A stretch of DNA of 64,000 nt, taken from NCBI GenBank assembly GCA_964247055.1, contig OZ176055.1, positions 2,914,001-2,978,000 on the forward strand, read 5' to 3'. The notes below the pieces were generated by a model. The model saw nothing but the letters and a program-made list of their open reading frames with translations. It made no database searches and had not been told where the DNA came from. The position numbers were made by a program, and so were the translations under genes. Source of the stretch: Paragordius varius (taxonomy: Eukaryota; Animalia; Nematomorpha). Below are positions 12,601-24,304 of the stretch, piece by piece (the stretch's first letter is position 1; each line of letters starts with the position of its first letter).

Positions 12601-14745
12601 TCGAGTTTAATGTTAAATCGGGACCAAAAATTATCGATAAACTCTAATATAAAAAAATTCTTTCATGCTAGATCAATTTTCTTTTCAGATATACTAATTA
12701 TGTACTTTAATGAAATAAATTTTAAATTTACAAGAATGGCAGTTAAAAACAGTTAAAATTTGTTGTCTAGTGTTATGTTAGCCCGAAAACACAAAATTTA
12801 TTTTTAGGGTGAATTTGAATTGGGGCGTATTTGAATTATAAATGGTGTAAATTTTTATTTAGTTAATGAGGCTTGTGGCGACTATATAATTTACAATGAA
12901 AAACTAGTGCTATAAAACCCGAAAATAAGTATGTTAGCTATTTTTAGCGTAAAAAAACATGATGGAATAGGCGACGCATCATTTATACAATAAAGAAACA
13001 TCGGAAATATTTTATTAATGCAGTTTTTCAAAGAATGTACAATATTTCGCTTAACACTCAGCCATATATTACAATAATTGATTGCGAACGAAAATACAGG
13101 CATTACAATAAGGAACTGCCAAATTTGGTAAATTATATGCAAAGATTTTAAGCCAAAAAAATTATATAGAAATACATACTGAGATTGCCAACGAAAGAAT
13201 CGGTGATGGATATGATATGGTATGAACAGTTTCATAATTTGATAAATCATGTATGCGTAATTGCCTAATATTGAGAAGCAAATACGAATTGTATTTATAT
13301 AGAAAAAAAAACAAAGTAAAAGATTATTTAAATTTTTTAAAATTAATATTGTCAATCCTTATTTGACAACCCAATACGATAAGTTATATAAAAAAAAGTT
13401 ATAAAAAATATGGTTATCTATAAAAATATTTGTCTCTTAATATATTTTTTTTTGTAATTTACAGTATCAATATTTAGGAATTATTGAATTCCAAACCAAA
13501 ACCCGAAACCATTATTTATCCATTAAAAAACGCTTTTTAAGTTTTAAACTCAAACCGTTTTCTCAAATAAAACCTAAAAGTTTATATTTCAAGAGTCTAA
13601 TGTACCGCAAAAATTGAACCTGAATTACCCTTCAATATTACTCTTTTGAAATAAAAAGTCCAAAAAATTATCATATATACTTATCTAAACTTCCTGTGAT
13701 GAGTTTTGGAGATGATGTGGACATACCAGCCAAAGATAAGCAGGTTATAGTTTTAGCATGTAAGCCGGCAAAAGTATGTAAACATTTTGATGTGTGAGCC
13801 ATATCCCATACCTTTACACAATTCCCACCTTTGGCAAAAATAATCTTCATTAGTAAAAACTTAATAAATAAAGTATGGCGTATTTGTTCCGATTACCTGC
13901 TATATATATATATATATATGTGGCGTTTCTACCCTAAATGTAAATTTAATTAATTTGCTTAAAATGGTCTATGATTTTGGGTCAAAGTAATGAATGTAAC
14001 CTTATTATTATTGCATTTGGGAAAAAATGATTGAAAAAATAACAGTTTCAAACTTTTTGCGGAAAACTATTTAAATCACTAAAAAAACTGAAGAATTATA
14101 TTTAATAGTTTTAAGGGCAAACCTAATTCAATCAAAATTTCGGAGCAAATTTTAACCAATTTTTAATTTTAAGAATAAGATATATTTGTTTAAGAGAAAA
14201 GGATTTTCTAAAAGTCTCACAACACTGTTTATTATAAATTTCAGCAAAACTAACCTTTATTTCATATTTTTACCATTCAAAACCCCTGTAATAAATTGCT
14301 AAAATGTGTATTTGTACACTCATAAACTTTAATAACAACAAAGTAAATAAATATAGAAAATAAAATAAAATATGAAAAATAATTAAGACTTTCAACAAAT
14401 GCAATGTGTACATACATACCTGCCGTAAAAAATATTTTATCGTTGAGGAAAAGTAGAACATCTTCAATGGGTGCTCCGTGTTTTACTGATATCGAAGCCT
14501 TGTTATCTATATATAAAAAGGATTAATTAGTAGAAATACAATTATAAAACATAAACATCATCATTAAGCGATATTCCAAAATAATTTTCAAGATAGTATA
14601 GGAAAGCTCTATAATGAAAAAAAAACAATTTATATTTTTTTAATCACAAAATTTATGAAATTATCAATAGCATTTTGCATATTACATATTCGGCACTCAG
14701 AGTTTTAATAAAAATAGCCGAAAATTTTGAGATACATAAAAATTA

Positions 14746-14806
<61 letters not shown>

Positions 14807-15318
14807 TTGCTATACATCAAAAAAATTTTTCTCAATTTTTTTTTAAATTGTATTTATATAAAACTTGAAAGATGTATATTTAAACCTTGTGATCTAAAAT
14901 CTACAACTTGAGCCGTTTGATCATATGAACCGGACAGAAAAGCGTCAAATGTATTAAATGCTTGACCGCATCTTATGTAATCCTATTCGCAAAAATAAGT
15001 AGTTTATAGCTCGAAATGTGTTAAAAGTAGATTATTATATAAAAGTATTTTTTTTAACTTGAGTGCAAAAAAACAAAATAGATATTATAATGATATGTAT
15101 AGGATTTTCATGGTGTTTGAATTTTGATAAATATATATATATATATATATATATTCTAATTATTATTTGGGGCTTAACAATAACTATAAAAATATAGTTA
15201 AATAAAATATTTTATTTTTACTTTAATTTTAAGTAAAAAACGCGACCACTCAGTAGAAATTCGCACTATATAGATATTAAAAGGATTTTTATGGTGTTAA
15301 ATATTGATACAACTGACC

Positions 15319-15361
<43 letters not shown>

Positions 15362-17066
15362 TTTGGGACTTAATAATAACAAAAAAAATAGAATTTAATT
15401 AAATATTTGATTTGTGGTAAAAAACTTTTGTTAGATAAAGTTTTACTTTTAATTTAAGTAAAAAACGCGGCCATTTAGTGGATCACTATAAGAATATTAA
15501 ATATACAATATATTTTGATAAATTAAAATTTAAGAGTATTCATTCAAAGACTATAAACTCTTAGAAAATTTTGTTTTTTTGACCAAACCTTAAATTTTTT
15601 AAATTGGTCAAAAAGCAAGATACCAACTGAGATTCTTTACATAAATATTTATCTCTTCAAAGAAAATACTAAATTTGACATGGTGTTTTCAATTTTATCA
15701 AATAAAAATCAATAACAAGAATAATAAGATAATGTGATATAAACAATTAATAAATTTACATTAGAGCGCACTCATCAAAAAATAAATAAAAATTAATTAG
15801 TAATAACCGTGTGTTTATGATAACTCCCTAGAGTAGATCCGGTTGCAATATCCCAATATTTGATTGATTTATCATCCGATGCGGAAACAATCCGATATTT
15901 GTTGTGTGAAAATTTGGTTACATGTACTTCTCTACACAATTTATTAATGAATTTATAATTGAATTTTAGTTACATTTTCAAAAGTTAACGAATAAAAGGC
16001 ATAATAAGCTAATGCCGTCATAAAGAATTAAATATTTATTATTTATGAAATTTACAATATAATTAATATGTAGCATTAATAATATTTTAATCATATTGAT
16101 ACATAAGTAGAAATTTATATTAAAATAATAAAATAAAAAAGACTTTTTTAAAGTGCGGATCATATTTTTAAAAATTATATAAAGATGGTCAAATTTTGGC
16201 GTAAAACAAATCCCTTAATTACGATACAATGATAATCTATGTAAAATTTCGCGAGTTAAGGTAGTAGCACTAATGTTAATTTTATTTAACTAAGTGGCTG
16301 AAAAATACCCTAAAATTTATAATTTAAAAAGTCATCTTTATTATTTAAATAAAATTTTGTTCTGAGGTAATAGATATCGTTATCGGCATCCACCTATGCA
16401 AAAAAGTATTTTTTGGAGATATTATATACTATTCGAACTTAGTTTAATGTACCCCACTTATAGACAACATTTTGGTTGCTATTGGTACAATATGTGAATT
16501 TTATTACTTTAATAAAAAAACATATTTGCAAACACGATATAAAATATGCGAATAATAGGCATAATAGAACGCCTTCCGGTGGTAATTCTATTCGAAATTA
16601 TAAGATATTAGCTTAAAATATTTTAGCTAAATTAGAAATAATCACCCTACGTGACCAATAAATTCTCGCAGCTGCGATTTGGTGGTAAGAGAAAAGAGTT
16701 TTATCATATTTTCATCAGCGCCAGACACAAGTAATTCGCCATCTGATCTAAAAGAGCCACCAAAAGCTGCAGATTTAAAATTGCTAAATGTATTAAGTAA
16801 TTTATCGTGAGCTAGATCATAAAGTTGAATCTTAAATGTAAATCAAAGGAATAAACTTTTGTGGCATATGTGATAGCTAATTTAAGGTTTATTGCATTCA
16901 AATTCAAATATTGTATGTTGCTTGCTGATTGTTTAATAGTAATAGGAATCTAAAAATTATTTATACGACAAACTTTATAATTAGACCAATATAAGGATTC
17001 AGCAGTCAAAAACTTCTCGTTTCCTCGGATGTCCCTATAATCAGTGGGTTTGTAAGCATGCGACAT
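9613..17066 (-). CDS. UTP15: U3 snoRNA-associated protein 15 (WD40 plus UTP15 C-terminal domain), ~676 aa, 12 exons: 17066-16974, 16949-16857, 16830-16646, 15931-15808, 14982-14886, 14506-14420, 13828-13681, 13264-13180, 11396-11064, 10985-10833, 10752-10626, 10118-9613
   Basis: All junctions are GT-AG and in phase (2031 nt). Diagnostic stretches: MSHAYKP...ESLYWSNYK, FRSDGELLVSG, VSASDDKSIKYWD, SGSYDQT, HGAPIEDVLLF, GGNCVKVWD, HAKTITCL, LITGSLD, ICVGMTEGLLS, DFDRFLRKY, ITVSFFRELIRH..LTGR, FLLKFVNDPRY, EIDCQ. These are colinear with UTP15 as I recall it. Confidence 0.95.
10405..10571 (-). mobile_element. tRNA-derived SINE copy (UTP15 intron 11), with a second partial copy at ~10235-10345
   Basis: Similar to 45601-45781 over ~170 bp, including the tRNA-like head GGTAGG-CGCCGGACTC. 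Confidence 0.7.
11471..12849. mobile_element. MITE family X (palindromic, 18-bp subterminal repeats) interrupted by a nested TIR element
   Basis: Left arm has ttcaaattcaccct repeats; right arm has agggtgaatttgaa...aaatggt. Matches the uninterrupted copy at 17543-17844. Confidence 0.65.
11663..12772. mobile_element. 1.1-kb non-autonomous TIR DNA transposon nested in MITE X (UTP15 intron 8)
   Basis: TIRs CACTGGACAACAATTTTT / AAAATTTGTTGTCTAGTG, with further inverted matches inside (ctgcca/tggcag; atcattcgaaagag/ctctttcgaatgat). No coding capacity seen. Confidence 0.65.
14748..14800. repeat. (TA)n microsatellite, the longest of many in the window
   Basis: About 26 uninterrupted TA units. Similar tracts lie near 1020, 1540, 9400, 13905, 15135, 15325, 18030, 31630 and 40570. 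Confidence 0.95.
15079..15492 (+). repeat. Degenerate ~200-bp direct tandem duplication with an internal (TA)n in each unit (UTP15 intron 4)
   Basis: tagatatta..ggatttt.atggtgtt...(TA)n...ttatttggg.ctta...taagtaaaaaacgcg.cca.t.agt occurs twice in succession. Confidence 0.6.
16831..16856 (-). other. 26-nt GT-AG intron (UTP15 intron 2)
   Basis: GTTTATTCCTTTGATTTACATTTAAG. Retention causes a frameshift; removal joins LAITYATK|IQLYD with no gap against UTP15 as I recall it. Confidence 0.85.
16950..16973 (-). other. 24-nt GT-AG intron (UTP15 intron 1)
   Basis: GTTTGTCGTATAAATAATTTTTAG. Retention reads VCRINNF then an in-frame TAG stop. Confidence 0.85.
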
Positions 17067-17542
17067 GACCGAACAATAATATTCCTGATGAGTTAATATA
17101 AGTATTTCAGAGAGAGGACATTGCCTTAACACTTGAAGACAACACATTTATTACCGTACCTAAAAATTGGGCTCGTTAGACAAGCTTTTTAAAATTTAAT
17201 ATTTTAAAAAATATTGAATAAAATAAGAAAAGTTTGCACTTATAGAACATTAATCAACCGAAATATAATAAAAATTCATTCGAAAATACTTGATATTACT
17301 TATTAGGTAAAACACACAGCTAAAAATTTACCAATCAACGTGCATGAGCTAAATATAAAAATAATGCAAAATATACCACTTATTTTTATATCAATGTTAA
17401 ATGTGGTTTTAATAAAAAAGTAAACTTAATTTTAGACTCAGAATCAACTAAACACGATATTTTGCAAAAATGTTGTAAAATAGAAATGGCGTCCATATAG
17501 TTTACGGAACTTTTACTAAATTTAGTCAGATATATTTGCTTT

Positions 17543-17844
17543 TATACCATTTCCAATTCAAATTTTCCCTTAAACAATTCAAATTCATTCTCGAAAAATT
17601 CCTTGGGCAATGCAAATTCACCCTAAAATTATAATATGTTTTTTCGGGCTAACATAACTTATCATCAATATTAAATATATTTTTACATAATTTATTATTT
17701 TTCAGCCTTATATAATAAAACAGAATTTCATATTTTAAATATATTAAAAAATAAGGGTATAATCTTAAAAAACACTTAATTTATTTTAAGGTGAATTACT
17801 GTTCGAGGGTTTTGAAATGTTCGAGGGGAATTGTAAATGGTATA
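17543..17844. mobile_element. MITE family X, uninterrupted ~300-bp copy
   Basis: Termini tataccattt...aaatggtata; inverted arms of ttcaaattcacc-type repeats. Confidence 0.65.
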
Positions 17845-18023
17845 TAAGTAATTTTTATTACGATGAAGCACAAATTTAGTTAACCGTTTCTTTCAGTGAT
17901 TTATATGATTGTCTGGGGTATCCCTCCCCCTCATCTTTTTGAAAACCAACAAAACCATTTAGTTAATAAAATACAAACGTTGCAACCTCACCAAAGACAG
18001 CTCAGTCATAAAAATTTTAAATC

Positions 18024-18052
<29 letters not shown>

Positions 18053-18058
<6 letters not shown>

Positions 18059-19464
18059 ATTTACAGTTCAAACTCACCCTTAAATAATTCAAATTCACCC
18101 TTAAACAATTTCAATTCACCCTCGAACAATTCAAATTCACCCTAAAATAAATTATGTGTTTTTTAAGATTATGGGTGGGGTGATAAAAAAGTCGCACTTG
18201 ACTAGTAAGCCAAGCGTGGCAAGTTGAGCAAGTTTACTTAAGCCAGCAAGTGTACACTTGAAGATCGGTGATAAAAAAAACACTTAAGTCAAGTCTTTTG
18301 CTTATGAATGTAACAGTTTTTTGCCACATTCGAATTTTATGGAAAATTTTTTTATCATTTTCAGCTAAAATTTATATAATAAGGCACAAAAATATAAACA
18401 ATAAATACAATATGCATTTATTAGAGTTTTTCAAACTCACTGGCTCGATCTTATATAATATTATAAAGTTTTCTAAATTGTGAGCCTGGTAATAATTTTT
18501 AGATTGATGAAACCATTCGCTCTTAAAACACTTTCCATTATTTTACCACACTACTTATTTTGTTTGGAGTCCAGTTGCAAATATAATGGGAAGATGTTTA
18601 TACAATATAACATATTTATTTTTAATTGATTATAAACATTACATTCGAAATAAATTTATAATGAAATTAATTCTTTACATTGGATAAAAGTGAAGTTTTG
18701 CTTTTAATAAACGAAGATTTGAAATTTTACAAGATTAATATTTAATTATTAATTTTAAGAAATTTTCGAGAATCCATTTTTTTGCGGTAACGGAATTGAT
18801 ATATTTAGCATATTTTTATGTGCCATGTTATTTAATAATAGCAGAGTTTTTCTATATATTTATCCTCTTTTGTATCCACCCAATAAATAGATTAATTAGC
18901 CAAAATTTATCAAATTAACAATTTATAGCATTAATAAAGGTTTGAATTACATATAAAACCTAAATTTTGTATATAAATAGTTTCCAAAATAATTTTATCC
19001 ATATTTTTAAATCTGTCAAGTGTGCCATACACCACACTTGCAAAATCTTTAAGTTTTACTTGAACATATGATTTTTTATCACCTCCTTATCAAGTTTTCT
19101 TGCTTGACTTAAGTCGTGTAATGTTAAATTTTTTTATCACATGAAAGCAAGCCATGACTTGAAAAACTTGCAAGTCAAGTCAAAAAAATTTTTTATCACC
19201 CGACCCTATATATTAGCTATATTTTTTATATTTATAAAAAAAAAATTTGTATGTAATCAAAATAATACTGAAAAAATAATAAACTCTGCCATAAAAATAT
19301 ATTTAATTTTAATGATGAGTTATATTAGACCGAAGTTTCATAATTTATTTTTAGGGCGAATTTGAATTGTTCGAGGGTGAATTTGAATTGTTCAAGGGTG
19401 AATTTGAATTGTTCAAGGGTGAATTTGAATTGTTTAAGGGTTAATTTGAACTGTAAATGGTATA
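18053..19464. mobile_element. MITE family X copy interrupted by element Y1
   Basis: Left arm 18053-18172 has four 18-bp units. Right arm 19207-19464 has five units of gggtgaatttgaattgtt and ends gtaaatggtata. Confidence 0.7.
18173..19206 (+). mobile_element. Non-autonomous TIR element Y, copy 1 (1034 bp)
   Basis: TIRs GGGTGGGGTGATAAAAAA / TTTTTTATCACCCGACCC, flanked by TAT on both sides (possible 3-bp TSD). Homologous to Y2 in inverted orientation. Confidence 0.75.
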
Positions 19465-19987
19465 TAATATATATTATGAGACGGGTGATAAAAAAATTCG
19501 ACTTGACTTGCAAGTTTTTCAAGTCATGGCTTGCTTTCATGTACTAAAATAAATTTACATTACCGACTTATGTCAAGCAAGAAAACTTGATAAGGAGGTG
19601 GTAAAAAATCATATGATCAAGTAAAACTAAAGATTTTACAAGTGTGGTGCAGGGCATACTTGACAGATTTAAAAATATTAATATTATTTTAAAAACTATT
19701 TATGTATAAAATTTAGGTTTTATTTCCAATTCAAACCTTTGTCAATGCTATAAATTGTTAATTTGTAAATTTTGGCAAAATATTTTATTCATTGGGTGGA
19801 TACAAAAGAGGATAAATTTATAGAAAAACTCTGCTAATATTTAATAACATGGCGTATAAAAATATGCTAAAATCAATTCCGTGACCGCAAAAAAAATTGG
19901 ATTCCAAAAAATTTCTTAAAATTAATAATTAAATATTAATCTTGGATAATTTTAAATTCGTTTATTAAAAGCAAAAGGTTACCTCAC

Positions 19988-20300
19988 TGTTATGTATAAT
20001 AACTTAATTGTTTTTAACTTAACTCAATTAATCTTATTTTAGTTACCTTTGAAAATATAATTTGTGCATAATACACCTTTGTACTTGTTACGCTAAAAAT
20101 GTATATTATCTTGGTTGTGAATGCTTTTACCTAAATAATGTAATATTGAACCTTATGCAAATATATAACTTGTGAATGCTTTCATCTAAATATTGAAATA
20201 TTTAACCTTATGCAAAAATGCAACCTCGCTCTAAAACTATATATAATGGAACATTGTTTTTTATGATATAAAAATAAATTCCTTTTTTCCGCTTATTACA
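19988..20300 (+). repeat. 5' LTR (313 bp)
   Basis: Identical by eye to the 3' LTR except for 6 extra nt near its 5' end. Contains an internal ~45-bp direct repeat (tgtgaatgcttt...aaccttatgcaaa). Confidence 0.95.
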
Positions 20301-20344
20301 TTTGGCGCGGTCGATTTTTTTTGTATTACGTTGTATTCATTATT

Positions 20345-23131
20345 ATGGAAAAAATAAGTATTGAAAGTTATAAAATCAATAATAATTTTACGGAATATAT
20401 TAAATATTTACGAAGAAATTTAGTAATTAAAGGAATACAGGATAATAATGAAAATATTAAAGCCATCTTTCTTGCCCAATCCGGTATTGATAACATTTCT
20501 AAAATGGAAAAATTCTTTTACCCCGTTAATATTGAAAACATATCTTGGGAGGAGATTTATGAAGCTGGGGTGAAAATATTTCAGCCAACCAAAAATACTT
20601 TTTTATCCCGATTCGAATTTTTTAGAGCGGAACGATTAGCGGGTGAAGGATTCTTGGAATTTTTTATAAGACTCAAAAATATGGCCGCTGCATGTGAATT
20701 CAAAGGAAACGTTGACGAATTAATACGGGACGTGTTTATATGTGGGTTGAAGGAGAAAAAGCTAGAGACTGAACTGCTGAACAGGTACCCAAAGGCATTA
20801 GACAACGACATACCAGTGGGATTAAATAAGGTTCTAAATCTGGCATTAGCGTATGAAAATTCTCACCTGGAAGTGAACTCAGTGAGAGCAATATATAATA
20901 ATGAAAGTATTAATAATGGTAATAATAATGGTATTACTAATGGTAATAATAATGAAACTTTTAATGATGGTAGTATTAATAATAATGAAATATATCTGGT
21001 AAGACGCAAACCTGTCGTAAAATCGTGTTTTAAATGCGGTCGCGCCCACAAATACGGATGCTGCCCAGCGTTTGGGAAGGTATGTTTCAAATGTCAGGGT
21101 AGAAATCATTTCGGAAGCCAATGCCAAAACAAATATGCTGGCAATAACAGGTATGTGAATAATATCGTAAATAAACCTAAAATAAATGTAAAAATAAACT
21201 CAACCCACGTCGAAATGTTATTCGACACGGGGGCCGACATATCTTTAATAAATTTTAGCACGTGGGTTAAAATAGGAAAGCCTAAAATAAAACCCATTTA
21301 TTTTAACATAAACACTTATGATAATAATCCTTTACACATAATAGGAGAGACAACTGTAACTCTTGAATTAAATAAATTAAAAAAGATAACAAAATGCTTT
21401 ATTACGAAGAGACATCTTCCTCTAATATTTGGCATGGATTGGATCCAGCTATTCAATATCTCATTGCCTAACGAATTATATATTAATAAATTATATCACA
21501 CAAATGATATTTACAATAAATTTAAGTCTTTATTTGATAACAAATTGGGTTGTTGGAAAGGGGAACCCATAAAAATATTTTTAGAAAACAATAGTAGGGG
21601 ACGGGTATTTCCGGCTAGAAGGGTTCCCTTGGCCTTACAAGAGAAATTAAGTGAAGAGATCAAAAGGCTAGTATCCTTAAAAATTATTGAACCAGTAGAC
21701 CCCAAGCAATCTAAAATTTGTTGGTCCAGTCCTATAGTAAACGTATTAAAGTCAAATAATGAATTAAGAATATGCGCAGATTTTAAAGTGTCCATAAACA
21801 AATACATTAAAACACCTCAATATATAATACCCACATTTGATGATTTGATTTCCAAAATTTCACATGGTAAGACGTTTTCAACATTAGATTTAAAAGATGC
21901 TTATCTTCAGATTCCAGTGCATCCGGAATCTCAAAATCTTCTCACAATATCCACACCTCTTGGGTTTTTAAAATATACTAGGCTCCCTTTTGGTCTGTCG
22001 TGCGCACCTAGTTTTTTCCAACAAATCATGGATGAGCTATTAGGAGATTGTAAGGGAACAGCGGTCTATTTAGATGATGTAATTGTTACGGGGGAAACGG
22101 ATGAGGAGCATTATAGAAACCTAACACAAGTATTTGAAAGATTAGAACGAATGGGTCTTAAATTAAAAAAAGATAAAATAAAGCTTTTTCAACAGGAAGT
22201 AGAATATTTGGGGTTTACTATATCAGAAAAAAGTATAAAACCAGCGAGCAGTAAGATTAAAGCCATTCGCGAGTGTCCAGCCCCTAAAGATAAAACAAGT
22301 CTCCGTTCGTTTTTGGGCCTTTTAAACTTTCATTCACGATTTATACCTTCTCTAAATACAATTGTTAACGAACTCCATCAGCTAGCTGGTTCCAAAAAGA
22401 AATGGTGTTGGACCGAGGTACACCAAAATATTTTTGAAAGGGCGAAGCTATTAATAGGGAATAACAGCCGCCTCTTCCCTTTTAACCCCAGACTTCCCCT
22501 TATTCTAGAAACGGATGCATCTGGGGAGGGGTTTGGGGCCATTTTGTCGCACAGAACGTCGGAAGGTAAACGACCCATTGCATATTTTTCAAAAAAATGT
22601 TCCCCGGCAGAAAAAAATTATTCGGTTATAGAAAAAGAGGCAAAAGCCATTGTATTGGCCCTAGAGAAATTTAAAACATTTTTATATGGTAGAAAATTTG
22701 AGATTAGAACAGATCATAAACCTCTTATCAAATTATTCGGGCAGCAACGTGTATTAAGCGAGCTAAACAATAGTAAATTGCTTAGATGGATTTCAAAAAC
22801 ATCCATTTTCGACTTCAACATAATGTACTACCCAGGAACCGAAAATCTAGCAGATTCACTATCAAGACTACCAACTGAGATAACTGAAGAGTGTGACAAT
22901 GACGAGGATATAGTGCAGGAGGTCCGGTTGCTATGGTGTCAGGAGTTAAACTTAAACAAGGAGAGGGTGCTTAAGGAAACTATGAGCGATGAGACGTGTA
23001 AACAGATTAAAGCAGCACGAAAGACTAATGATTGGTCTCACCCGGGGGTGCAGTCCTATAAACCACTGAGGAATGATATCGAAGAATCATACGGCCTTCT
23101 ATATTTAGGTGACCGCCTTATTGTGCCTTAA
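20345..23131 (+). CDS. Gag-Pol polyprotein, first part (gag, two CCHC knuckles, protease, RT, RNase H), ended by a premature TAA
   Basis: CFKCGRAH...C and CFKCQGRNHFGSQC knuckles; LFDTGAD; YLDD; ETDASG; TDHKPL. Confidence 0.92.
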   Translation: MEKISIESYKINNNFTEYIKYLRRNLVIKGIQDNNENIKAIFLAQSGIDNISKMEKFFYPVNIENISWEEIYEAGVKIFQPTKNTFLSRFEFFRAERLAGEGFLEFFIRLKNMAAACEFKGNVDELIRDVFICGLKEKKLETELLNRYPKALDNDIPVGLNKVLNLALAYENSHLEVNSVRAIYNNESINNGNNNGITNGNNNETFNDGSINNNEIYLVRRKPVVKSCFKCGRAHKYGCCPAFGKVCFKCQGRNHFGSQCQNKYAGNNRYVNNIVNKPKINVKINSTHVEMLFDTGADISLINFSTWVKIGKPKIKPIYFNINTYDNNPLHIIGETTVTLELNKLKKITKCFITKRHLPLIFGMDWIQLFNISLPNELYINKLYHTNDIYNKFKSLFDNKLGCWKGEPIKIFLENNSRGRVFPARRVPLALQEKLSEEIKRLVSLKIIEPVDPKQSKICWSSPIVNVLKSNNELRICADFKVSINKYIKTPQYIIPTFDDLISKISHGKTFSTLDLKDAYLQIPVHPESQNLLTISTPLGFLKYTRLPFGLSCAPSFFQQIMDELLGDCKGTAVYLDDVIVTGETDEEHYRNLTQVFERLERMGLKLKKDKIKLFQQEVEYLGFTISEKSIKPASSKIKAIRECPAPKDKTSLRSFLGLLNFHSRFIPSLNTIVNELHQLAGSKKKWCWTEVHQNIFERAKLLIGNNSRLFPFNPRLPLILETDASGEGFGAILSHRTSEGKRPIAYFSKKCSPAEKNYSVIEKEAKAIVLALEKFKTFLYGRKFEIRTDHKPLIKLFGQQRVLSELNNSKLLRWISKTSIFDFNIMYYPGTENLADSLSRLPTEITEECDNDEDIVQEVRLLWCQELNLNKERVLKETMSDETCKQIKAARKTNDWSHPGVQSYKPLRNDIEESYGLLYLGDRLIVP

Positions 23132-23134
23132 AGC

Positions 23135-24289
23135 ATGAGGGTTGATGTTCTTAACTATCTTCATAAAGGTCACCCGGGTATACAGTCCATGAAAGCGTTA
23201 GGTAAGAGTGGTGTGTTTTGGCCGAAATTGAACCAGGATATCGAAAAATGGGTGCAAGGCTGCTTAAATTGTCAAAAGTCACGGTTCAACATTGCAGTAA
23301 GCCCGACGTATAAATGGAACCCGAACACCACCGTTTGGAAGCGATTGCATCTCGATATAGCGGGGCCCGTAGATAACCTTTACTGGGTCATACTTATAGA
23401 TCACTGCACCCGTTGGGTCGAAGTAGCACAGCTTAAAACAGTGAACTCGATCAGTATCTTGAAAGTTTTAGAAGGTTGGTTTGCACGATATGGCACCCCA
23501 GAGATGATCGTAACTGATAATGCGTCGTATTTTAAGTCCGGTGATTTTGAAAGAATATTAAGTTCCTCTAATATCAAGCATGTAACCTCTGCGCCATACC
23601 ACCCTCGGACAAATGGTTTAGTGGAAAGGGTCATTCAAACATTGAAATCGCACTATTATATGTGTTCTGAAGTAGCAGATCCAGAACGCCGGTTAAACCA
23701 GGTACTGTGGGCTTACAGATCAGCACATCACAATGGTATAAATGAGACACCTGCACGACTATTCCTAAAACGAAATATACCGACACCGTTGTCCTGGATG
23801 AAAGGCAAACCAAAGGATTATATCGATGGTACCTCAGATATTATACGTGAGTTCGTTCCAGGTGAGAAAGTGTTTATAAAAAATGAGTTGGAAGCTGGTT
23901 GGCGAGAGGGAAAAGTTGTAGAGCGGACTGGATTATTGTCCTACAATATCGAAGATAGAGGGAGTTTACGAAAGAATACGGATCAATTAAGAAGGCGAAA
24001 AGAAGGTCCCGATGAACTTAAGCTAGACGACCCGAAAGAATTGGAATCGGAACAACAGAATAATAATAATAATATCATAGCCACCCCATTGCATGGTCCT
24101 CCTATTGATGACAATATTAATAATGATGATACCAATCCTTCCCCGGATATTTGTCAAGATTTCCACAATAATCAGCAAAGTCCCAACGGCGATAAGATTG
24201 CAGAACCCCCAAGCTTTGAAGTACCAGTGGAGAGACGCTATCCTACCAGAAACCGAAAAGCCCCTGACAGATACACAAATCACTTTTAA
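23135..24289 (+). CDS. Integrase, in-frame continuation of Gag-Pol after the stop
   Basis: LHKGHPG...CLNC zinc finger; HLDIAGP, VTDNAS and NGLVER (DDE triad). Same frame as the upstream ORF (IVP*SMRVDVL). Confidence 0.92.
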   Translation: MRVDVLNYLHKGHPGIQSMKALGKSGVFWPKLNQDIEKWVQGCLNCQKSRFNIAVSPTYKWNPNTTVWKRLHLDIAGPVDNLYWVILIDHCTRWVEVAQLKTVNSISILKVLEGWFARYGTPEMIVTDNASYFKSGDFERILSSSNIKHVTSAPYHPRTNGLVERVIQTLKSHYYMCSEVADPERRLNQVLWAYRSAHHNGINETPARLFLKRNIPTPLSWMKGKPKDYIDGTSDIIREFVPGEKVFIKNELEAGWREGKVVERTGLLSYNIEDRGSLRKNTDQLRRRKEGPDELKLDDPKELESEQQNNNNNIIATPLHGPPIDDNINNDDTNPSPDICQDFHNNQQSPNGDKIAEPPSFEVPVERRYPTRNRKAPDRYTNHF

Positions 24290-24304
24290 ATTAGATAGGA
24301 GATA

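Noticed and set aside
12891-13355. 154-aa minus-strand ORF
   Set aside because: It has an I/F/L/N-rich composition typical of AT-rich noise and overlaps UTP15 exon 8 in another frame.
16831-16973. Reading the micro-introns as a nonsense mutation plus frameshift in a UTP15 pseudogene
   Set aside because: Both segments begin GT and end AG, their removal gives gap-free alignment, the other ten exons are intact, and the same pattern recurs in MRPL39.
19325-19547. 18-bp periodic repeats as a CRISPR array or a QFKFTLE repeat protein
   Set aside because: There are no unique spacers, the context is eukaryotic, and the repeats are the subterminal arms of MITE X.
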